Source: Utricularia gibba (lineage: Eukaryota; Plantae; Magnoliophyta). Taken from it: a stretch of DNA of 64,000 nucleotides. Both the position numbers and the translations under genes were made by a program. A model generated the notes under the pieces. That model was not told the DNA's origin. It saw nothing but the letters and a program-made list of their open reading frames with translations, and did no database searches. Within the stretch, counting starts at the first letter, position 1. Each line of letters opens with the position of its first letter. Shown here one piece after another: positions 39,116 through 48,606 of the stretch. The stretch covers positions 1,860,001 to 1,924,000 of the forward strand of contig NEEC01000012.1 of NCBI GenBank assembly GCA_002189035.1. The letters are read 5' to 3'.

Positions 39116-42100
39116 CTCCCTCCTCAAGCTGGGGAGGACAAGGTCGTAGCCCAAGCTTGCCGATGATAGTAAAAAACGGTAGAGAATCTAACGCCTTAGT
39201 GAAGACATCAGCAAGTTGCTGTTTAGAAGGCGTGTAGATGGGTAAAAGAAATCCAAGCTTGAATTGATCACGAACGACGTGGCAATTGATTTCTATGTGC
39301 TTCGTCCGTTCGTGGAAAACAGGATTTGCGGTAATGTGAATTGCAGACTAGTTATCGTAGTGCAAGGGAATAGGGAGAACGAAAGTCTCACCAAGTGACT
39401 GCGTCAATTGAACCAGAAAGATAACTCAATAAGCGTTTCAGAGCGATCCAATGTTCAGACCCCGGACAATGAACATACTGAGATAGCTGCTGCACCACAA
39501 AGTAAGATCAGGCCTTGTAAAATTCAAGTAAAGCAGCCGACCAACTAACCCACGATATTTCTCAACACAGATGGGATTAGAAACAGTATTGGCCGAGAAC
39601 TTAAAACTCTGTGGCATGGGAGTGACCACACAAGGAGATAAATCAGCACTCAAAGGCTGAAGAATATCCGAAATATACCGTCGCTGAGATAAGAAAAGCC
39701 CATTAGCAATTCGTGTGAGCTCAATCCCTAAGAAAAAAGTAGCGTCGCCAAGATCCTTGATAGTGAATTTGGCATGCAGATCTGTTTTAAGCTGGGTAAT
39801 GGCATCCAAGGATGAGCCCCCGAGAAGGATGTCATCCACGTAAATCAGAACAACGAGAATAGATATCGCATCCCGCCGCACAAATAGGTAAGTGTCCGAG
39901 GGGCATTGAGAGAAACCCAAGCTTACCAGAAATCGACTAATTTCAAGGTTCCACTGGCGCGAGGCTTGCTTAAGCCCCTATAAGGATTTACGCAGCAGGC
40001 AGACATCTCCCTCCTTGCACCCATATCCTTCTGGAGGGTGCATGTAGATCTCTTCATCCAGGAATCCATGAAGGAAGGCGTTGTTAACATCAATTTGATG
40101 CAGAACCCATGAATGCTTCGCAGTAAGCGCCAACAACAGGCGAATGGAAGTAGCCTTAGCAACCGGTGCAAAGCTGTCATGGTAATCCACCCCTTCCACT
40201 TGTGTATAACCTTTGGCTACCAAGCGTGCCTTGAACCGATCAAGATGCCCATCAGATAATCGCTTGATTTTGTAAACCCATTTGCAACCGATGGCACGCT
40301 TACCCTTTGGCAAAGGAACAACCCTCCATGTTTCATTGTGCTCAAGAGCCTTAATCTCTTGAGACGTAGCATCACACCAGTGGGGGAATCGTGATGCCTC
40401 TCTATATGTGCGAGGTTCAGAAAGGAGACACGGCTCTTCAGGGTCTCCCGCATCAACCTAAAAAATGTGGTAGTCACGCAACCAGTCAGGTGGGATATGG
40501 CTCCTCTGACTTCGCCTAAGTCCCGGATCAGGAGAAGGCACCAAACACGGCGAGGAGTGGTGTGTCCCACCGGACAGAGGGGGAGCATGTGTATTAATGA
40601 TGGGGTGCTCTGAATGATTAGACCCGTCAGGGAGAGAAGCATCAAGCACATCCGCTAGGTGCATCCCTCATAGCATCACGCATACCAAATAGGGACTCAG
40701 GCGGCATAGCAGCAACTGGGACCTCTGGGTCATCATTATCAGGAAACACTAATGGCAATAAAACCTCATGAGAGTCCAGATCGTGAATAACACTCTTCAT
40801 CGGAAATACTCCTTCATAAAATTTGACGTCGCGGGAAATGAACATTGTATGCGTCTCAAGATCATAGAGCTTATACCCCTTATGATCCATGGGGTATCCG
40901 ATGAAAATGCATTTGCACGCCCGACAAGCTAGCTTATTGCCCCGAGAATCCAAATTTGCTGCAAAAGCCAAACAACCAAATATCCGCATATGAGCTAGTG
41001 CTGGGGGTTGGTGCATAAGAACTTCAAAAGGAGTCACCCAATCAAGCACGGAGGAAGGGATGCGATTTATAATGTAAGTTGCAGTGAGAAGAGCTTCACC
41101 CCAAAAATTCTTCGGTACCCCTGATTGAAACATTAATGCTCGCGTAACCTCCAAGAGGTGGCGATGCTTCCGTTCAACTCTGGCGTTCTGCTGTGACCGC
41201 TGAGTGCATGAATATTGATGGCGAATCCCCTTCTGTGCACACAAATTCTGCAAGGCAGAGCTCATAAACTCTCCTCCTTTATCCGTGCGAAGATGCTTAG
41301 TAGTTAGGCGAAAATGATTTTCTACATACGCAAGAAAGGCTTGTATGTAATTATCAATCCCAATCTTATCGCGCAATAAGAAAGTCCATGTAGTGCGGGT
41401 ATGATCGTCCACAATGGTGAGGAAGTATCGCATTCCATTAAAGGTGGTAAGTTCATATGGCCCCCATAAATCACAGCGGAGCAGGTGGAATGCATGTGGC
41501 GCACGGGAAGTGCTCAAAGGGAAGGGGACTTTCTGAAATCGAGCATATTCGCAGACATCACAAGGAACACTAGATAAGCCACATGGAACATGCATATACT
41601 GAGATTTAGAATTTGAAATGTGCCCAAGGTAGCAGTGCCATAGAAGACGTTTATCACCACTATGCAAGGCATCAGCAAAGAAACACATAGAAGGTAGTAC
41701 CACATTAACAAGACTATTGCGGATAACAGGTTTGTGGGCTACTGCAGCATATGCCGAAATCACACTTGATTGGAACGACCTCTTGTCCACCACATAGAGG
41801 CCATCTCGCACACGACCAACCCCTAGGACCTCATGGGTATCCGGGTCCTGCACCAAGCAATGGTGACTAGAAAACACAACATTGATTCCAACATCATCTG
41901 CAAGCCTCTTGACAGATAGCAAGTTGTACTTAAAACCAGGCAGATACAGGACATTCTGTAGTTTAATCCGCCTAGTTGATGGTATGCTACCCATATGACT
42001 CACCGGGACAAACTGTCCATTAGGTAGAGTCACTTGTAAGTGAGCCACCTGCTTCATGCCCTCAAAACTGATGGTGGAACAACTAATATGGGTAGTGGCT

Positions 42101-43255
42101 CCAGAATCAATAATCCACTCCCATGGATTACATACAAAGCATGCAGATGCAGTGTTCATGACTCCTAACACCTGTGGAATCACCATGAAATTTATGATGA
42201 AGCAAGTCCCATGGGGAATGTGGAGAAACGAACAGGAAAGGTTCCTGGGAAACTGAAGAAAGGAAAGATGAAGGGCAACAGGCCGTGCTTGGATGTGAAG
42301 GAAGAAGCGGGCCACTCTTCAAAGGCCCATAAGGTGAACCACACCTACTGAGGCCCCATCCCAACCTGCCTACCCAACAATCAGCAACGGTTGCCTACTC
42401 TGGAGTTGAGGAATAGGCAACGGTCACAAAATCCGAACTCTATAAAAGATACACTCCGCTGTAGATCAAAAAGTAGGGTAATAACCCAAACTCCACAGAC
42501 ATCATTCCACAAATCTGTTCTTCTTTTCTACAACTCTTCAACACCATGGGTGACGTACCTGAGAATTCCAGTTTGGACAGATTGATTGATGGAGAAGATG
42601 ACATGTGACCTTCAGGGTTTTCCCTTGAGGTAGAAGGTGGAATGCTACCCATCAACTTTGTCAATTCTCGCTGAATGACCTGTAAACGATCAGTGGAGTA
42701 TGAGATATCAGAAGCGTATGAGAGAGACTCATCCAAAGGGGTCTCAACACAATGCACAGCAGGTCGATAAGAATTATAAGACACAGGCTGACGAGGTGCC
42801 AACGGCGCTTGTTGATACTGATTCCAAGGGGGGCGAGACTGCTCACAATGAGGTGATTGTGATTTCACATCTTGGGAACCATATTTACCCCCTTTTTTGC
42901 GCCACCAAGGGGGAGGTTCTTTGACCGTGAAGCAATTGTCAGATAGATGACCCTGCTTATTACAAATGGTACAGAACCTGTTATCACGACGCTATCCTGG
43001 TCCGGGATGTGTCCCAGGGTTGGGCTCTCGAATGGACTTAATCATCATGGCTGAGTTGGTGTGGATATTCACCACCTCAGGTGTCCTTCGACACATCTGT
43101 TGCTCAACATTCAAGAGGGCCCCATATGCCTTGGACACTATCATGAATTCATCCATGGCTAGTATCTGATTACGAATCCCATCAAATTTCGGGTGGAGAC
43201 CCAGCAGAAATTGAGTGAGCTTAGTTGATCCAAAGAATCTATCGGCATTTACTGG
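38884..43255 (-). mobile_element. Ty1/copia LTR retrotransposon (Ale/RE1-like), degenerate, truncated within gag, 3' LTR only
   Basis: Gag remnant KLTQFLLGL..IRNQIL; protease WIIDSGATTHI; integrase CDLWGPY/YFLTIVDDHTRTTW/QQNARVERKHRHLLEV; RT AIGCKWVYKIK/RFKARLVAKGYTQVEG/QIDVNNAFLHG/LIYVDDILLGG; RNase H ADVFTKAL; PPT gaggagggag. The frames are interrupted. Confidence 0.95.
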
Positions 43256-44000
43256 TATATTGCATTTGTGCCTTGGGATGAATTTCTCATCATAATGCAA
43301 GCAAAGGTTTTTGGCCTTTGGTTCTTCGAATTCCTTCCGTGGTAGCTGTTTTAGGGTCATTGATATGAGATTCTCCTTTTTTTGTAGTTTGGTTTTCTAT
43401 TTGGGTAGTCTCATTGTCCTGATGGTTTACATTCAAGTGTTCTTTTTCTCTATTTATGTTGATTTTGCCTACTCCTTTGAAGGTTCCGTTCTTGCTGTGT
43501 AGTAATAGCACCAAGCTCGTGGCATCTATAGTGTTGCAAGGATTCTAGAGTGTAACTTGATTCTTAAGGTCATCGGGTAATCCATTCAAGTATATGCGCA
43601 TTTTGTTCATGGGATCCAAGCTTTGAACTGTGACTGCCATTTCCCAGAAGCAATGGTTGTAGTGTTCTAAGCTTCCTATTATAGATAGCTTTGCGAAATG
43701 CATCATATTGGATGTCCAATTCTAAGAACCAAACTGTAGATTTCAAAATCTTTTGAACTCATGACATTTCAAACCGGGAGATTATTGCTCTGTAACCATA
43801 TAAACCAGTTTTGTGCTAAACCCTCTTGATACATTAGATCACACGGTGGTTGTTCTCATCATCTGTGCTATGATGTTTGAATGCATGCTCACATCTGTAA
43901 AGCCATCCTAAGGGGTCGGATTCACCATTATATTTGGGCACTTATTGACGTAATTGGTTGATTCTGGGTTTCCAGTAGTAAAATCTTTCCGATTGTATAA
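43255..44000 (-). mobile_element. Degenerate Ty3/gypsy gag-like remnant inside the left arm (mirror at 59170-59898)
   Basis: Broken frames include EFEEPKAKNLCLHYDEKFIPRHKC, a decayed gypsy gag knuckle-like (LC..CDEKF...HKC) segment. A more diverged third copy lies at about 53495-54110. Confidence 0.55.
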
Positions 44001-44137
44001 AGCAATGGGAAAACTTACACTTGCTGTAAGAGTGTGACAAATCAAAGAATGTGTTGTTAGCTAGCTACATGGGCAAATCTGTGCCATGGAGAAGGGATCC
44101 AGAAGAAGAGGAAAGGGGATTTATTTGTCCCTCAGGC

Positions 44138-45462
44138 TCAGGAGAAGGGGGACGGCAAGGCTGTGCAGTTGAGGGCGGCGAGAGTGGGCTGGATGAGGCT
44201 CTGCTCGATGCGGACGGCGATCTCCTGTGTGAAGTGGATGCCGTCCCAAAACATGTGGTGTGCGGGTTCCGAGCACACGGGCACTCCTGCAGTCCCGCAG
44301 AACCTGTTGCTGCTGTAGTCGTACTCTCCTCCGATGCCGCAGCACGCCTTCAGGGCGGTGTCCGCGTGTCCTTCTGCAACACACGCCATAACCAGTCAAA
44401 AATGGGAACGGCGGGTGTATCTATGAATGCATGTACGTACCTTGATTCAATCTGTCGAGGACCTGCAAGAAGCCCTCGTCGAAGGCTCCGTAGATGAGTG
44501 TGACGTTGGGGAACTCCTGCCCCAAATTGTCGATGGCTCGCCGGAGATAATTGTTCTTCAGGTTGATGAGCCTGTTGACGCTGTTGAGGCATCCCAAACG
44601 ATCGTACGCCGCGGGATCATCGGAGGGCATGGCGGAGAGGATGTAGGGGAAGCAGCCGAGGGGAGCGCTTGCGGGGATGACGATGAGCCTGGCGCCCATG
44701 GTGATGAGCTCCTGCAAGGCAAGCAGGGTTTGGTATCAGTATGATTTCAGGAGACTTCAACATAAATTGAAGGAGTGATGAATTAGTTAGTTACCCTGGT
44801 TGCCTTGATTTGTTCTCTGGTGATGGGGCCGATGTAGGACTGTGCTTCCTGGAGGGTCCTCCCTTGCGTCAAGGCGTATCCGATGTCATTTGCCTCGAGG
44901 TCCCCCAAGAGCACGAGCGAATTGGCCAGCCTGTTGGGGATGCAGTCGGCCGAGGATGAGCCGCACACCGACCGGAGGTGGGTTCTGAACCATTCGAGCT
45001 GGGTGGTGAGGGAAACTGCGTAGGGCGGGATCCGAATGCCCCGGCGAGAGAAGAACCCGTGGTCCATCACCGGACTCCTGGCGACCGAAAAGATTACGCC
45101 GTTGCTGGAATTGGACTTCTCCGACAGGTAAGGAACGATCTCCGGGAACCCGAAGTCAAAGGCGGCGAAGTCGAAATCAACGAGGCCGTCGGACCATCGC
45201 CCGTTGGGGGTGCCGGGATAAGTCCGGCCGTAGGGGGCACGCGTGGCTGGCAATGATCTCCCCATGGCTGGACAAGGACGGAGTTGCCGACGTCGGTGGC
45301 GCCGTCGCCGAAGTGGTAAAGGTAGGGAAACGGGCACACGGGGTTTGAAGGCAAGTGATTACTACTTCTGCTGCTGCTGCTGTTACCCGTCGTCTGGGAG
45401 GAAGCGAGAGCACAGGCACTGGCGAGTGCGACGAGCAGCAAGAGCCGAGAGAGGGAGCCCAT
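44138..45462 (-). CDS. GDSL copy B: secreted AAE-like GDSL/SGNH-fold protein lacking the catalytic Ser; 1-bp frameshift at about 45258-45263 (G4 vs G5), possibly a consensus error
   Basis: Signal peptide MGSLSRLLLLVALASACALA, YHFGDGATDVGN, GRWSDG, LGDLEANDI, ACCGIGG, WDGIHFT. The ORF splits at QPWG-DHC, where mirror copy E reads QPWGRSL. Confidence 0.88.
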
Positions 45463-45536
45463 GACGATGATGATGATGCTGTGTATGGGAATGCCGAATG
45501 ATGATGATGGGTCTCTGGTCGCAGAGAGCGCGCCTC

Positions 45537-45731
45537 TTTATAGGCTGCCGGAGAATGGAATTGGAGATGTCAAAGGCCATTTCACAGTTACGTGTTGATG
45601 AATTCAACATACGGCGTCGTGTGCTCCTCACGCGTACGGCTTCCATTCAAAGACCACCTAACCCCTGCACGCCACGTGCACTCAGTCCATATTAAATTTC
45701 TAATATTCTTATTTTACTGTATCTGACGTCA
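45537..45731 (-). promoter_or_regulatory. Proximal promoter of GDSL B (mirror 57422-57616 for E): TATA box, G-box CACGTG, palindromic TGACGTCA
   Basis: TATAAA 45537-45542 (minus strand) about 75 bp upstream of the ATG, CACGTG 45673-45678, TGACGTCA 45724-45731. Motif matches only. Confidence 0.5.
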
Positions 45732-47039
45732 CTACAAAATTAGTAAAAGATGAATAATGAACATCACCATTTTTCTCATGCATATATCTAATTTTTTATT
45801 TATTCATTAAATCATTTCGTGTAATAATTAGGAAATAAAAGTGGATGATGCCATGGCCATGTCATCCCAAATGGCAACCCTAGTGGTTGACGAGAATTCC
45901 CCATCCAGTCATGGGCGGCTAAATGGGCAATTCGCCCTTCTGCCCAGTGCTCCAGTTCTCCCCTAGGCCCACGTACTGTATCTGATCATTTATTGGGTTA
46001 TTTTAAATAATAACTATTTTAATTTATTTTAAATATGATTTTTCAAATTTTTTTTAATATTAATTATCACAGGATATCGTGGGATATTTATCAGATTTAA
46101 CATTGTATGTATTTTAAAGTTATCGCGTGTTTATTAAGTATGCTGTTGTACCCTATAAGATATTATGGTATAATATCTTTACAGAGTGTTATTAGATATC
46201 GTTGAATGCGATTGAACGAAATCGAATATAGTAAATTTTAAAATAATTTAGCTTAGAAAAATTGTAAATAAATATAAAAAATTGAAGCACATATAAATAT
46301 TTATTTTAAAAAATATTTTCAAACCTTAAAAATCAATTATTTTTGAAATACAGTTTTTAAAAATACATTTATATGTTTTGTAAACAATTTTTAAAATATA
46401 TATTTAATATTTTTATTAAGTGATAAAATCTTTTTTATTATTTTCTTATAAACATTATCTAATAATGAATATAAATATAAAATACTACATGATTTATATA
46501 AAAATGAAGTAAATGTATTTTGGTTATTTTTATCAATATATGCATATTTTTATTAATTTAACTCATATTTATTAATGTAAGATAGTTATTATTCAAACAA
46601 ATATTAAAAGATGGTGAAATTTGAAAATTTTGATGTTGTAGTATGATTATTCTTCAAAATAATCCATTGTTTATTTGATTTTCTACTGTACCATCATTTA
46701 TAATCATAAATAAATGCCATGATATTTGGAAGACTATAGCATTGAAGACCATAGTATTCATGAGCTTTTATAATATTTATAAAAGTATCTATTTTTAATT
46801 AAAAAAATTAGAAATAGAAATGTGAGACGATGGTTCCGATACAAAATGCTCAAAAGCAGATGCACGTTGTTTAGAAGGGGGGAAAAGACAGCGGTGAGAT
46901 TTGTATTTATTAATGTTTGAATCACTCATCGTATAAAATTCATACGCGGGCTGAAGACAAAGAAAAACACGACGAGAGGAGTAGAAAGTCAGCGGTCCAA
47001 TGAAAACGGAAAAGTTGACATTTTCCGTTCCCGGCAGCC

Positions 47040-47046
47040 TATAAAT
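47040..47046 (+). promoter_or_regulatory. TATA box of GDSL C (mirror 56107-56113 for D)
   Basis: cTATAAATag about 75 bp upstream of the ATG, in a ggcagcctataaa context shared with B/E. Confidence 0.6.
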
Positions 47047-47118
47047 AGGCGCGCTGTCTGCGACCAGAAACCATCATCATCATTCGGCATTCCCTTACAC
47101 AGCATCATCATCATCCTC

Positions 47119-48440
47119 ATGGGCTCTCTCTCTCGGCTCTTGCTGCTCGTGGCACTCGCCAGTGCCTTTGCTCTCGCTTCCTCCCAGACGACGGGTAACA
47201 GCAGCAGTAGTAGTAATCAATTGCCTGCAAACCCCGTGTGCCCGTTTCCCTATCTTTACCACTTCGGCGACGGCGCCACCGACGTCGGCAACTCCGTCCT
47301 TGTCCAGCCATGGGGGAGATCATTGCCCGCCACGCGTGCCCCCTACGGCCGGACTTATCCCGGCACCCCCAACGGGCGATGGTCCGACGGCCTCGTTGAT
47401 TTTGACTTCGCCGCCTTTGACTTCGGGTTCCCGGAGATCGTTCCTTACCTGTCGGAGAGGTCCAATTCCAGCAACGGCGTCATCTTTTCGGTCGCCAGGA
47501 GTCCGGTGATGGACCACGGGTTCTTCTCTCGCCGGGGCATTCGGATCCCGCCCTACGCAGTTTCCCTCACCACCCAGCTCGAATGGTTCAGAACCCACCT
47601 CCGGTCGGTGTGCGGCTCATCCTCGGCCGACTGCATCCCCAACAGGCTGGCCAATTCGCTCGTGCTCTTGGGGGACCTCGAGGCAAATGACATCGGATAC
47701 GCCTTGACGCAAGGGAGAACCCTCCAGGAAGCGCAGTCCTACATCGGCCCCATCACCAGAGAACAAATCAAGGCCACCAGGGTAACTAACTAACCAATTC
47801 ATTTCTGTCCAGCTCTCCTCCATGTTCTTCAGAGCATACTGATACCAACCCCCGCTTGCCTTGCAGGAGCTCATCACCATGGGCGCCAGGCTCATCGTCA
47901 TCCCCGCAAGTGCTCCCCTCGGCTGCTCCCCCTACATCCTCTCCGCCATGCCCTCCGATGATCCCGCGGCGTACGACCGTTTGGGATGCCTCAACAGCGT
48001 CAACAGACTCATCAACCTGAAGAACAATTATCTCCGGCGAGGCATCAACAGTTTGGGGCAGGAGTTCCCCAACGTCACCCTCATCTACGGAGCCTTCGAC
48101 GAGGGCTTCTTGCAGGTCCTCGACAGATTGAATCAAGGTACGTACATGCATACATAGATACACCCGCCGTTCCCATTTTTGACTGGTTATGGCGTGTGTT
48201 ACAGAGGGACACGCGGACACCGCCCTGAAGGCGTGCTGCGGCATCGGAGGAGAGTACGACTACAGCAGCAACAGGTTCTGCGGGACTGCAGGAGTGCCCG
48301 TGTGCTCGGACCCCGCACACCACATGTTTTGGGATGGCATCCACTTCACACAGGAGATCGCCGTCCGCATCGAGCAGAGCCTCATCCAGCCCACCCTCGC
48401 CGCCCTCAACTGCACAGCCTTGCCGTCCCCCTTCTCCTGA
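47119..48440 (+). CDS. GDSL copy C: intact ~389-aa secreted AAE-like GDSL/SGNH-fold protein lacking the catalytic Ser; exons 47119-47781, 47867-48137, 48205-48440
   Basis: GT-AG introns splice in frame to give CPFPYLYHFGDGATDVGN...PYGRTYPGTPNGRWSDG...QLEWFRTHLRSVCG...GDLEANDIGY...ATR|ELITMGAR...|EGHADTALKACCGIGGEYDY...CGTAGVPVCSDPAHHMFWDGIHFTQE. This is colinear with Rauvolfia acetylajmalan esterase as I recall it. Confidence 0.95.
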
Positions 48441-48606
48441 GTCTGAGGGACAAACAAATCCCCTTTCCTGTTCTCCTGGATCCCTTCCCCATTTGCCCCT
48501 GTAGCTAGCTAACAACACATTCTTTGATTTGTTCAGCGTTGACAGTAACCACAAATGCATTATCAGTTTCTTCGAAACGTGTCGTGTGTTATGCACCCGA
48601 TTCACA

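Larger units (their letters stand above)
43255..48606. repeat. Left arm of the 5,352-bp inverted repeat (gypsy remnant + GDSL B + intergenic + GDSL C)
   Basis: Reverse complement of 54547-59898. Landmark coordinates sum to 103153 (47119+56034, 45462+57691, 48606+54547), and the ORF translations are identical between arms apart from two homopolymer indels. Confidence 0.96.
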
